Of a stretch of 32,000 nucleotides of DNA, positions 1-11,735 are shown piece by piece; the first letter of the stretch is position 1; the number at the start of each line of letters is the position of its first letter. Source of the stretch: Candidatus Saccharimonadota bacterium. Its GTDB lineage: Bacteria; Patescibacteriota; Gracilibacteria; Absconditabacterales; Absconditicoccaceae. Below the pieces are notes generated by a model, which was not told the origin of the DNA, did not search any database, and worked only from the letters and a program-made list of their open reading frames with translations. A program made the position numbers and the translations under genes. The stretch is taken from positions 750,001 through 782,000 of the forward strand of contig CP006913.1 of NCBI GenBank assembly GCA_000503875.1. The letters run 5' to 3'.

Positions 1-1
1 A

Positions 2-373
2 GTTGAGCAAGAGTTTTCTGATTACTTTTGGATAAATGATCCAATTGGAGCAAATAATTGATATTATACAACCGTATCTATATCAGATCTTTCATGATCA
101 TATGAAAGCATCAATAAAAACAATGTTTGATTAAAAGCAACTGAAATAACAACCCTTTCATGAACAGTAAATCCTCGTGTTGAAATAAATAGCAATCTTT
201 TAAATTATCAACCAATTGGAGAACCAATCACTTATATCAAAAGAGATGTTGCAAGCAATTATTGAATAAAAGGAAAATATGGAAATAAACCATGGTTAAA
301 ATTTGATATTCCTGCTTATGTAACTATTGACGATTATCATGCAACATTTACATATACTCTTTATGAAAATTAG
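2..373 (+). CDS. 3' end of a secreted or cell-surface beta-rich protein (5' end lies outside the window)
   Basis: Frame 2 is open from the window edge to TAG 371-373 when 5 in-frame TGA are read as Gly. The sequence is T/S/N/Y-rich and ends ...KPWLKFDIPAYVTIDDYHATFTYTLYEN. No family assignment is possible by eye. Confidence 0.5.
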
Positions 374-439
374 TTTGCATCTGACAAAGATTTTTCTATA
401 TACTAAGCTAATCAAAGTTTTAACTTTTACAAACAAAAG

Positions 440-1489
440 ATGAAAAAATTTTTGGCATTATTATTTTTTTTAGGAGCACTTTTTATAAGTAATACATATG
501 CCGCTACTATTGGTGATGTTGCTTTAAGATTTTGTAATAATTCTGGATCATTAGAAAAAACAATATCGCTTACAACAAGTGGACAAGAACAAAAAGAAAT
601 TTGTATGATGCTTATCAATTGATCTTATGAACCAACAGATGTTAGTATAAATTTTGTAGATGGAACAATAACAAACGATGCTGACCAAAAAAAAGCATGT
701 AAAAACGAATGAGAAAATCAGAATTTTTGACAATATATGACTTTAGAAAATAAAACCATAAGTGTACCAGCCAGAGGAAACACTACATTTACAGGAGTTT
801 TGGAACTTCCAGAAGAAGCAGCAGGAGAAATACATGGATGCGTAACTTATTTCATAAATAATGAAAAAAATCAGAAAGAAATGTTTACTATTATGGTTCG
901 TAGGGCAAATTTTATAGATATTTTTGCAAAAGGAATAGTAACTATTTGATTGGAATTTGTCGATATTGAATCACCAACAAAAAGTATTTCAAAAAATCCA
1001 AAACTCGTAAGCTTCTTTGATACCAAAGAAAATAAATTATATATTCAATCTATGTTAAGAAACAAAGGAACTGCTGAGCAATGAATTACCATAAAAGGGG
1101 AAATTAAAAATCGATTTGGCTACAAAAAAACATTTTTTGAAGAGAAAAGGACTATTTTTTCAAAGCAAACATCAAACATAAATAATGTTATAGATGATTT
1201 ACCATTTTATAAAGGACCTTTCACTATAACATATAGCGTAGAACATAGTGCAAATGTATCAGAATGACTAGAAACAGATACAGAAGAAAAAACAGGAATA
1301 TTGGCAGAAACAACAAGCATTTTGATAATAACTCCAGCTACTTATATTAGTGTACTAGTATTTTTACTAATAATTGCTGGGATATCTTTCTTTATTATCA
1401 GAAGAAAGCATAAAAAAACAAAAACAGCTCACACAACAAACCATAAAGGAACAAAAAAACATCATAAAATAGTCGCAGAAACTTCCTAA
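440..1489 (+). CDS. Cell-surface protein with N-terminal signal peptide and C-terminal TM anchor plus basic tail (architecture reminiscent of DUF916/DUF3324 proteins, tentative)
   Basis: Track ORFs 440-622, 737-949 and 1301-1489 share one frame and join through 5 TGA with no TAA/TAG. The N-terminus is MKKFLALLFFLGALFISNTYA. The C-terminus is ILIITPATYISVLVFLLIIAGISFFIIRRKHKKTK. The stop is TAA. Confidence 0.6.
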
Positions 1490-1580
1490 AGAAGTTTAAC
1501 GACGATTTCTATCGCTATAACACAAATCAACTATAACTTTGAAATTACTATAAGACAAATAATTTACTTTTTTTGAAACA

Positions 1581-2969
1581 ATGCGAAAAAAATTGTTCAT
1601 GTGAATATGCTTAGTATTTTTTTTAGCGTTATTTCACAAAGCAATAGCCGTCGATGTTGACCTATACTTAAGTATTGTTAACTCCTTTTCTTGAACGGTA
1701 ATAGTTACATGAAATAATACGATAACTCAAAACTGAATTACTTATACATCGACAACAACACCATCCCTCCAAATTTTCTCTAATGTTGGATCTAGATATA
1801 ACATATCATGAGATCTTGTATCAGCAATAAGTTGATCTCAATCAAATCCTTATACAATACAAACGATAATACAGGTAAACAAAACTAATGCTATAAATGA
1901 CATTTTTCCTATATTTTGGAGAGAAATAGAACTTTTAACACATCCAAAATTAAAGATATTTGTTGATACCTTAGGTCCAACACTACCTACTATCATAGCT
2001 CCAATAAACAATTCAAATGTAAACGGTCCTATAGTTATTTCTCGAACACCATCAACAGATATTGGAGCATGACTAAAAGAATATATAATTCTTATTTCCA
2101 CCGATCAACTATTTGCGACCACAATATATTATCAAACGACAACCAATAATGAACAATATATCAATATGAATACCTTCAACGAAGGAAAATTATATCTCAA
2201 AATTTTGGCAAAAGATGAAGTAGCAAATATCAGTGAATCTCAAACGCTGACTATTTGCAATAAATGTAGTGCTCCTCCAAATTGATGAGGTGGTGGCTGA
2301 TGAACATATACTCCTCCAACACAACCAACAGATATCCAACGAATAACAATTATTGAAAATTGGGAACAAAACCAAGAACTTACACAAAAAGAAGAACCAC
2401 AAATTTGATTCATCAGTAATCTTTTGTACGACGAAGAACTTTTGGATGCATATAAATATGCATATAATCTAGGCATAACAACAATGCCAACGGCATATCA
2501 AGCAAACCTTAAAGGGAAATTAGTAAGAAAAGATTTGGCCAAAATGATTTCAGAATATGCTATCAAAGCATTAAAACTCAAACCAGACAATAGATTAACA
2601 TGTCTTTTCAATGATTTGGAAGATGAAACATTAGAAACCAAATATTACACAAAGCTCGCATGTAAATTATGATTAATGGGACGACATGCCGATGGAAAAG
2701 AAAAATTAAATGATTTTATGCCAAATGAAGCAGTAAATAGAGCTCAATTCGGAACAGTTTTATCTAGAACAATTTTTTGAGAAAAAAACAACGTAGAAAC
2801 AGGTGAAAACTATGAACGATACCAAAAACATCTCCTAGCACTCAACCAAAACAATATTATGAAAATTATAAATATTCCTTGGATGATAGAACTGAGATGA
2901 CGAGTAATGCTTACTATGATGAGAGCAGATCCAAACCGTGAAATCCAACATACTTCTGCGAAACAATAA
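1581..2969 (+). CDS. Secreted protein with poly-Gly linker and C-terminal SLH-like repeats
   Basis: I translated from ATG 1581 (MRKKLFMGICLVFFLALFHKAIA signal) codon by codon to TAA 2967-2969 and the only interruptions are TGA. The linker PPN-GGGGGGG-TYTPP lies at 2283-2303. The C-terminal segments (YDEELLDAYKYAYNLGITTMP..., YYTKLACKLGLMGRHADGKEKLNDFMPNEAVNRAQFGTVLSR) resemble S-layer homology repeats. Confidence 0.6.
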
Positions 2970-3008
2970 ATCTCATCTAAAACAAATTTTACAAAATAAA
3001 ATTTTTCT

Positions 3009-3728
3009 ATGCAATTATTTCACGAAGAACATACAATACAAAACAATAATCTGATTATTTCAAATCCCGATACTATCGCTCAATGTAGAAAAGTCCTCAG
3101 ACTCAAAACTGGGGATATAATTCACGTTCAATCTACCAAAGCCAATACAACGACTAGACACCTCGTAAGAATCTCTGATATAAGCCAAACACTTATCGGA
3201 GAAATTATAGAAACTACAACAAAAAATAAATGAGAAAATTATACGCAAATATTTGTTGCTATGCCAAATAAACACGATAAACTAGAACTTATCGCCCAAA
3301 AATTAACCGAACTTTGAGTAGATGAAATTGTTTTCCGACCTGCAGAAAGATCAATTATAAAACAACGAAATAAAAATAAGGAACAAAGATTACATCTCAT
3401 TGTCAAAGAAGCTACCGAACAATCTCGAGGTTGGTTTATACCACAGATTTCTTTTAGAGAACATCCTGAAGATACAATCCAAAAAGATTCAATAGTGTAT
3501 ATTTTTGACAAAAAAGAAAACGCAACAACATCTATAGAAAGCTCTTCCAAAAAAACAGGAATTATTGGCCCAGAAGGAGGACTAACCGAGAAAGATTACA
3601 ATCGCTTCGCAAAACATACCCAAAAAACCTACGACCTTGGCTCAACCATCCTCAGGATGGAAACCGCAGCTATTGTTGGATGATGGTTATTGAAAAGTAA
3701 TTTCGAACACCCAAAGAATCTACATTAA
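3009..3728 (+). CDS. rsmE: 16S rRNA (uracil1498-N3)-methyltransferase RsmE
   Basis: Three same-frame pieces join through TGA. RsmE-type motifs are present: KHDKLELIAQKLTELGVDEIV, KEATEQSRGW, GIIGPEGGLTEKDY and LGSTILRMETAAIVG. Confidence 0.8.
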
Positions 3729-3929
3729 TTACTTTGGGATATGAGAATTATACTACAAAGTAGTACAACTAAGCTTGAAAGATATAAAACAAAAAATATA
3801 AACAATACATCACAAGTGAACATTTAAATTTTTAGGTAAGAAAATATATGAAGCCGGTTTGTTTATATTTTCTACCGTAAAGAAAATTTAACAGCGAACG
3901 GTGATGTATGATTGTATGTTTTAAATATA

Positions 3930-5243
3930 ATGTATTCCATGAAATCTCTTATCAAAAAAATAATTTCATACGACAAAATATATCATTTTCTCAAAACAAG
4001 TATCTTGTACCATTTTCGAAAACAACTCAACGGACAAATCGCAAATACTATTTACGGACATCCATCCAAAGATTTTTTCGTTATCGGAGTTACCGGTACC
4101 AACGGAAAAACAACAACCGTAAATCTTATTCACAAAATCCTCAATGATTGTCTAGGTAAAACTATGATGATTAGTACTGCAAATATAAAAATAGGAAACA
4201 AAGAAATCAAAAATATCAAAAAAATGACATCATTGGATATTTATGATCTTCAATCAACGCTCGCAATCGCCAAGGATGCTGGCTGCAAAATTGCAGTTCT
4301 CGAAACATCTTCTCATGGCTTAGATCAATATAGATTTGAAGGCGTAAATTTTGATTGTGGGGTTCTGACAAATATTACACATGACCACCTCGATTATCAC
4401 AAAACAATGGATGAATATGCAAAAGCAAAAAAGAAACTTTTCACCTATATAATGCACAACGAAAAAAATCACAAATATGCTATTCTTCCAAGTGATGATC
4501 CTTATGGGAAAAAACGATTTGAAGAGTTCGCCTTTGACAAAAAAATTAGTTATAGTATTCATACATCAGGATTTCTCAAAGCTGAAAACGTTCAACAATA
4601 CAAAGAAAAAACAACGTTTGACATCAATTATCTAGGTAAATCATATTCTATTACGACTCATTTAGTCGGACTTTTTAACGTATACAATATTCTCGCTGCT
4701 CTTGGTGTTGCTCTAGAAATTGGCGTAAACATAGAAAAAGCCATCGCATCAATCCAAGAATTCATTGGCGTTGAAGGAAGAATGCAAAGAATCGATCACA
4801 AAGAAATCACTGCCTATATCGACTTTGCACACACTCCAGATGGATTAGAAAAAGCCTTATCTTACCTCAAAATGATAAAAGGAAAATGAAGATTAATCAC
4901 CACCTTCGGTGCCCCTTGAGTTAGAGACAAAGAAAAAAGACCTATTATGGGACAAATTGCAGCTGATTATTCGGATATTGTTATCATTACTGACGACGAT
5001 CCCGATACAGAAAATAGACTCCAAATAATCGACCAAATTCAAAAATGAATTTCAAATAAAATTCTAGGAAAAGATCTTTTCATCATTCCAGAAAGAACCC
5101 TCGCCATCGAATTCGCTACTAATATAGCTCAACCTGGAGATATTCTTATGTTCGCAGGTAAAGGCCACGAATCAATCCAATTCACCAACACTGGCAAACG
5201 CCCTTGGAGTGATTTTGAAGAAGTAAAAAAGAGATTAAAGTAA
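3930..5243 (+). CDS. murE: UDP-N-acetylmuramoyl-L-alanyl-D-glutamate--diamino acid ligase MurE
   Basis: Motifs seen are GVTGTNGKTTT (P-loop), LETSSHGLDQYRFEGVNFDCGVLTNITHDHLDYH, GRMQRI and DFAHTPDGLEKAL. The ORF continues through TGA as KGK-G-RLITTFGAP-G-VRDKEKRPIMG...FAGKGHE to TAA 5241-5243. The start is ambiguous among TTG 3912, ATG 3930 and ATG 3939. Confidence 0.85.
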
Positions 5244-5266
5244 ATTTTTATTTTATATGATATACA

Positions 5267-5992
5267 ATGGAACAAGAAAAAAATTTTGAAATTAAAAGAA
5301 CTCAATTAATAAAAGATATCGAAGAAGCTTTTAAAAACGTAGAGTTATGAGATTGAATATGACCAAACGAAGCATTTGCTATCGATGAACGATTAGAAGA
5401 AAATAGCCTAGAATATAAAGATTTTAAAGCAAAAGATGAGAGACATAATTGGAAAAAAGTAATATTTTATCCTACAGAAGAAAGCAATTGATCCAAATAT
5501 TTTTCTATGAGAGAAGGAGCTGATTCAAACAATAATATCGATTACACCCATTGGCGATCCTTTTCTGATGTAGCATGAAAAAGATTTTCCTTTGCACCAT
5601 ATATGATTTATATTCTTCTTCAAAGAGATTTTTCAAATGTTCCAGATTTATTAGGTTTGGATATTTGAGAAATAAGTTTCATAATAAACGATGACGAAGA
5701 AGAATATTCAGATCATTTTAAAAAACAATATAGTGAGCTTTTCGCATCTTTTTCTAGAAATCAAAAAAATATTATAAAAAACTTTGTAGATTTTGATATA
5801 GAATTATGAAAACACCGGTCCAATTTATTAGAAAATGAAGAATATATTAATGATATTGAAACAAAGTTATATAATAATTTTAAAGCAAAGTGTTGAATTG
5901 AAAATTGGATTATAGAGAAAAAGCAAAATGTTATTGATTTTATAAAAAGAAAAGAGAATGAAAAAAAGATTATTGAAGAATTAAGCAAATAG
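5267..5992 (+). CDS. Hypothetical protein (acidic, cytoplasmic)
   Basis: ATG 5267 to TAG 5990-5992 is open when roughly 9 TGA are read as Gly. No other frame is open across this interval. I recognised no motif with confidence. Confidence 0.5.
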
Positions 5993-6015
5993 TTAATATA
6001 GAATAGCAGTAAACA

Positions 6016-6414
6016 CTAATTAGCCATCATCCATCTCTCCAAAATTTTCATAGCTGCCACGGTATCTTTGGCGAGAGTTTTTTTATACGCGGTACCATCT
6101 TTTTGAATTTCACTAAGCATCGCTCACGCCTCAACTGACGTATAATCCTCTCCTACATATTCTACAGGAATTTCTACAAACATCTGCAATTTTTTTACAA
6201 AAGCTTGAATTTTTTCTTGGATCGCAAGCTCCTTATTTGGCAATCCGACAACTATTTGAGAAATCTTTTCTTGCGCGATAATCCCTGCCAATGTGAAATA
6301 CAAATCACCATCATTTTGTAAGTAACCAATAGGGAAAATCACATTTTCTTTCAAAGAAACTTTAGCTAAGCCAAGCATTCTACTTCCCCAATCTATTCAA
6401 AGCACTACTGTCAT
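6016..6414 (-). CDS. ruvX: Putative pre-16S rRNA nuclease / Holliday junction resolvase-like RuvX (YqgF)
   Basis: The N-terminus is MTVVL-G(TGA)-IDWGSRMLGLA. The protein also shows IVVGLP and a C-terminal DTVAAMKILERW, which is the typical YqgF pattern. Track ORF 6124-6378 extends on both sides through TGA. Confidence 0.8.
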
Positions 6415-6443
6415 TAAAATTACTTAATACATAAAACTCAAAA

Positions 6444-7043
6444 CTATCCCAAAGTTGGATCAATCATGTATTCTGCTTTTACTGAAGAGACCTTTTTTAA
6501 ATCAAGATCCTTTGCCGTAAAATAATATTTTTCTCCTTTCCAAAGCAAGAAAGCCCCCTTCTCATCGTTACCAAAATGTGTCATATCAAAATTTTCTCCC
6601 CAATATGCAGAATCATGCACTCGATCACAAAACGACTCTTTTTCAAACACAAAAGGCTGATTCACCATCTCATACAAATCCTTTTCAAAGTCATATTTCC
6701 AAACACTATGTTTTTGTCCCAAATAGATATATCAAATCTTAGGTAAGATGCCTTTTTTCACAAAATAACGGTACAAATCTATCTTCGTACACGAAAAAAA
6801 ATTCACCGTTTGCTTACGCAAATGCAGAAGATGGGCCACCAGATTCCAGGTCAACGCTCAAACCCTGAGGTTTGTAAACCCTCCTGGCCCATTAACCAAA
6901 AACACCTGATCAAAGGGAGATTTTTTTGCTCGATCAACCAGTGTTGGCCCCAAAACCTTCTCAATTCCATTGCGCTCCAAAAAAATCTCCCCCTGAGCAT
7001 CACATATATGTACTTTATCACTCGAAATATTACAGAATAACAT
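6444..7043 (-). CDS. tsaB: tRNA threonylcarbamoyladenosine (t6A) biosynthesis protein TsaB-like
   Basis: Track ORFs 6858-7142 and 6444-6722 share one frame and join through TGA. The motif VNGPGGFTNLRV-G(TGA)-ALTWNLV matches the TsaB GPGSFTGLRIG motif. I chose the start at MLFCNISSDKV (7041-7043). The C-terminal half is atypical. Confidence 0.6.
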
Positions 7044-7131
7044 ACAAATTCTCAAAAAAATAAAATCAAACCATACTATATAAACTTTAGCGAAAAATAC
7101 AAGACAACCAAACAAAAGAATCTGATTTTTT

Positions 7132-7160
7132 TTGTATTTCAAGAGCTTTCGGTGTATAAT
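7132..7160 (+). promoter_or_regulatory. Candidate sigma70-type promoter (TTGTAT, 17-nt spacer, TATAAT)
   Basis: The -35 TTGTAT lies at 7132-7137 and the -10 TATAAT at 7155-7160 (preceded by TG). It sits 31 nt upstream of ATG 7192 in the divergent tsaB/membrane-protein gap. Chance matches are common in AT-rich DNA. Confidence 0.35.
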
Positions 7161-7191
7161 TGTGTATATTTATACCCTTTCTCATAATTCT

Positions 7192-9777
7192 ATGAAAATT
7201 CGCAAAAAATTATTAGGATATCTTACGGTTATTGGGTTGTGACTAGCTGCATTTGCACCATCAAGTATGATGGGAAATACTGCACAAGCACAAACTCCAG
7301 AACAAACTGCAGCAGCACAAAAAGCTACAGAAACAGTTACTGTAGAGCAAGCTCTCAATGAATTTTGGGTACTTATCGATATTGGATTAAAATTAATCTA
7401 TATTGTGATCTGGCCTATGCTTTTCCTTGCAGGAATTGCTTTAGATAACTCAATGGTTTACGGTTCTTTTTTCCATATGGATGCTCCATTATGGTTTTTT
7501 TGGAACATGACCAAAAACTTTGCCAATTTTGCACTAGGATTTATTGTGCTTTTTGCAATTCTCAAAGGAATCTTCAGTTCATTCTGAGATAAAGGGAAAG
7601 ATGCTCGAAATCCCATAGAAATCATCAAAAAAACATTAATTGCTGGAGTTCTTATTCAAGCAAGTTGGTTTATTTTAGCAGCTGTTGTGGATATTTCAAC
7701 TATCGCTACCTACGCTGTCGGATGAATGCCAATGGCTTTATTAAATAACAAAGATATCAAATCAACTCAAACAAAAATTCGACAAACAGAAAGCCACTTA
7801 GAATTAAATAATATAAATAAGCTCCAAGAAGATGTATTCAGAGTTTGGTATAAAACTAATTTAATATGAGAAGATGGAAGCAAAACCGGAATTACTGTTT
7901 CTCCTTGTTTAACACAAAAATTATGAACAAATACTTATATTGTAGGGAGAAAATATGGTGACGCAAAATTCAGTAGCCAAGAAATTAGTAAAAATTTACC
8001 TGATGATATGAAAATTTCCGATGATGAAGAATTTCTTACAAGATGAATTTGTATTTTTGGAAATAAACCCTACTTTTTCAATGAATTTCCCAACATAAAA
8101 TCACGAATAAAAACAAATAGTGAATATCAAAGCATATTAAATGCAAATCTAAACGCTATTTGAAATTTTACTGATGATTTAGCAAATTGTAGATTTATTA
8201 TAAACCTAAATAACGAAAATTGATCAGAAAAACCGACAAGTTGTCAAGAAGCAATAAATAAATTGAGATGAAATTTAGATGAAACCACAAAACAATTTAT
8301 AGAAAACAATGATGATTTGGCTTGGCTAAAAGATTGATCAGAAGAATCTATAGAAGCAGATTGATATCTTGAAAAAATAACACCAGATACTTTTTATTCA
8401 GCATATGGATCAAAAGCGGGTTTTTCTCGATTTTCCAATACACTTGCACCAACCGTTTCGCAAATTATCGATAAATCAAAAGGATTTGTAGGTCCATTTG
8501 TAACTATTTATGCATCTATTATGGATTTTGCTAATTTAAGCGACTCAAATTCAAACACTAGTTCGATAGGAAAAAATTTGGGAAATATGATGATTAGAGT
8601 TGCTGTTGCAGCGGGATTAGTTTTTCCTCTTATAGCATTGGCAGTAGTATTATTTATTAGAATCTGATTTTTGCGAGCAATTATAGCTACGAGCCCTCTA
8701 TTAATTTTAGCGAATGTATTTAAGGACACTATTAAAATAGATCTTTGAAAGCATTTTACGATAGAAAATATTCTTCAAGCAATATTTGCACCAGTAATAA
8801 CAGTTTTTGCTCTAAGTATCTCTATGATTTTTATGACGACACTGTCAAATTCATTGGTTACCGATAACATCGACAAAGTTAATATTATGCAACAATTTGG
8901 AGGTGAATTAAAGGATGAAGGTGAAAATACTCATTTAACTTTGGCAGGATTTACTATTATTTATCCAAAAATTGTTGATACATATGCAGGAGCGACAGGA
9001 GATTGGTTCTCTTGGATACTTCTTTCTTTTTGTTGAATAGGTATTATGCGATTTATTCTTTTCGCAGCAATCAAAGCAAGTTGAACAATTGGATCAGTTG
9101 GTACAAAGATCAAAGATTTCTGAGAAAATGTATTCAAAACAGCTCCTATTATTCCTATTGGTGGCGGTGTTGGATTTGGAACATTATCTGAAACAATGAA
9201 TGTTGAGAATGCAAATAAAATGCGAGAAAATAAAATTGGTTACAAACAACAGAAAGAAGATATGGAAACATATATGACAGATAAATTTGCTACTGCAAAA
9301 TGAGATGAGTATGGTACCGATAAAACATTTAGTGAGAACGAAAAATCAATACTTCAATCTACAATAAATGGTGGAGATTCGAAACAAATAGAACAAGTCA
9401 TGGTAGATAAATGATTTGTAGGCAAAAACTTATCACCAGAAGAAAGAAAAAAGAGAATTGAAGAACTATACAACGAATCAGGTGATTTCCAAGATATAGT
9501 AATAAGTAATTATGATAATAAAGGTATACAAGCATTATTAGGAGAGAGTGTTATCAACAAAGGAATAACAACAATAATAAACAATGAATTAGATTGAACA
9601 TTTAATAGCAAAGAAGAATTAACAAATAAATTGAAAAATATAAATGAAAACAAAAAAAATATTATTGAAAAAATGAAAAACGATTTTACAAAAGAAATAA
9701 CAATAAAAGAGGGCGATGAAACAACTAAAATAAAGATAACAAAAGATACTAACAACCAATTAAAAATCACTTCTTAA
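7192..9777 (+). CDS. Large polytopic membrane protein, paralog A (861 aa; possibly TrbL/VirB6-like, tentative)
   Basis: I checked the frame line by line from ATG 7192 to TAA 9775-9777 and the only interruptions are TGA. The signal peptide is MKIRKKLLGYLTVIGLGLAAFA. There are several hydrophobic helices, a Cys-containing ectodomain and a charged C-terminal tail. It shares conserved blocks with the next gene. Confidence 0.7.
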
Positions 9778-9797
9778 TTCTTATTATATATAAATAC

Positions 9798-11669
9798 ATG
9801 ACTAAACTATCTCACATCAAACAACGATTATTATCTTCTCAAGGACAAAAAATAAGTCTGACTTTTTTAATCGTTGGAGTGTTTTTCTTTGCATCAACAT
9901 TTGCTCAAGGTAGTCCAGAAACTAATACGCAAACATCAAAATTATTAATCAATGCTCAATATGTTATTTGAGAGCTTACTAAACTTTTTTCTCGATCTTG
10001 GATTCTATTGGCAACACTTGCAGGTAAATTTATGACAAATGATATGGTATATGGTTCATGGTTACATTTAGATGTATATCTTTGGAAACTTCGAAATATA
10101 TGCAAAAACTTTGCCAATTTTGCGCTTTTGGGAATATTACTTCGAGAAATTATTCAATATGTTACAAAAAAAACGGGAAGCATACAAAGTATTGTAACCA
10201 AATCAGTAATTGCGGGAATATTAATTCAAGCAAGTTGGTTTATTATGGCAGCATTATTGGATATTTCTACAATTGCTACTGCTGCAATTGGAAGTTTTCC
10301 AAGTCATTTTATAGATAGTAACGCTTTCTCAAAATGAACAATGAGCAATGAAATAGATTTAAATATAAATGCTTACAAATTGATATTTGATAAAAATATG
10401 TCGCCTACATTAGAAGAAACAAATGAAAAAGATAAAACAACGACAACAGTCGATGAATTAATTCAGAAAATTATGCCAAAAAATGATTCCGTTGCAGGAC
10501 CATTAATATATATTTGAGCATCAACATTAAAAATTCAAAATGCATTAATTCGTCCCAAAAACCAAGATATTAATGTTGAAAAAGTATTTACAACATCTGT
10601 TTTACAATTTCTTGCTATAGGAATTTATTGTATCACACTAATTTTACTTTTGATAACAAATATTATTAGAGTAGGATTATTATGGGTGATTATACCTCTT
10701 TCGCCAATTTTGGTGCTTATGTTTACCTTATGAAAATCAATGGGGAAAGAAGGTATTGCCAAAAATTTTGATATAGGAGTTATCCTCAATGCTATATTTA
10801 AACCAGCTATTTTTACCTGAGTACTTTCTTTGGTCTTAATTTTCATCGTAAGTATGCAAAATATTATGACTAGTGGAAACGATCAAAGTTTTACCATCCA
10901 ATGAACAACTTTTGGTTCTTCAGGAAGTCTAGCAACCATGGAAGTAAAAGATTTATTCAAAACAAGTATCAATGACACAGTTTTCACACAAGCAGGAAAT
11001 ATGGGGAAAAACATTTTTTCAAACATAATTATTTATTTTGCAACCATATTTTTATTACGATATCTCGTAAAAATAGCGGCAACTTCTGGTGGCTGAACTA
11101 TTTGAGAAACTATGACAAAAGCAACATGATTGGTAGAAAATATGGCTAGTACCACTCCAATTCTATGATGATATTCTGTAAAAGCATATATGGAAGGATC
11201 TAATAAAGCAATGGTAAATATGTGAAGAGCCGCTGGAGTAGATTTAAATTATTGATCTTCTAATTTTGGTAAAATGGAAAATGAAGAATATAGAAAATGG
11301 TTAAGTACAAAACTTGGAGAAGAACAACGAAGAAGTGGAGACATTTCTGCTTTGGAAACAGCTAGCAATTTTAGCTCTTTTATGAACAAAACAAATAGTA
11401 TTTTAAAAGACGCTCCATTATCATATAAAGATTCTCAAGAAACATTTGAGAAACGAGAAACATTATTTAATAAAATTTTGGTCAAAGAAGAATGAAATGT
11501 TTTCATGGAAAAGAAAAAGAATTATTTCGATGATCCAACAAAATTAACCTTACAGTGATTAAATAAAGAATGATTTAAAAAATTACACGAATTATTAGGC
11601 GGTACTGATGGAAGTATACCTAAAAATTACGATGAATTTAAAAAAATAAAATATGGTAAGGTAGGATAA
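9798..11669 (+). CDS. Large polytopic membrane protein, paralog B (623 aa; possibly TrbL/VirB6-like, tentative)
   Basis: ATG 9798 to TAA 11667-11669 is open apart from TGA. It shares blocks with paralog A: MVYGS(F/W)xH(M/L)D, KNFANFAL, IAG(V/I)LIQASWFI(L/M)AA..DISTIAT, and R(I/V)G(F/L)L...SP(L/I)L. Two 21-nt stretches are identical between the genes (7512-7532 = 10103-10123; 7654-7674 = 10224-10244). Confidence 0.7.
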
Positions 11670-11689
11670 CAACCACTTGCATCTCATAC

Positions 11690-11734
11690 AAGGATATGTA
11701 TAAACTGAAAGTTTTATATATGTCCTTTTTTTTT
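11690..11734 (+). terminator. Rho-independent terminator
   Basis: A 15-bp stem AAGGATATGTATAAA / TTTATATATGTCCTT (two G-U pairs) with an 8-nt loop is followed by a run of about 9 T. It starts about 20 nt after the stop of paralog B. Confidence 0.65.
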
Positions 11735-11735
11735 G

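Noticed and set aside
3729-3911. The rsmE-murE gap contains a TTGAAA / TATAAA promoter-like pair and a 7-bp hairpin (TACTTTG/CAAAGTA).
   Set aside because: The hairpin has a 19-nt loop and no T-run. The promoter-like hexamers are indistinguishable from the AT-rich background, so the evidence is not strong enough to list as features.
7267-10337. Track ORFs 7267-7587 and 10008-10337 could be treated as two small homologous membrane-protein genes.
   Set aside because: Each is only the first TGA-free stretch of a much longer same-frame reading (7192-9777 and 9798-11669) with upstream signal peptides and downstream conserved TM blocks.
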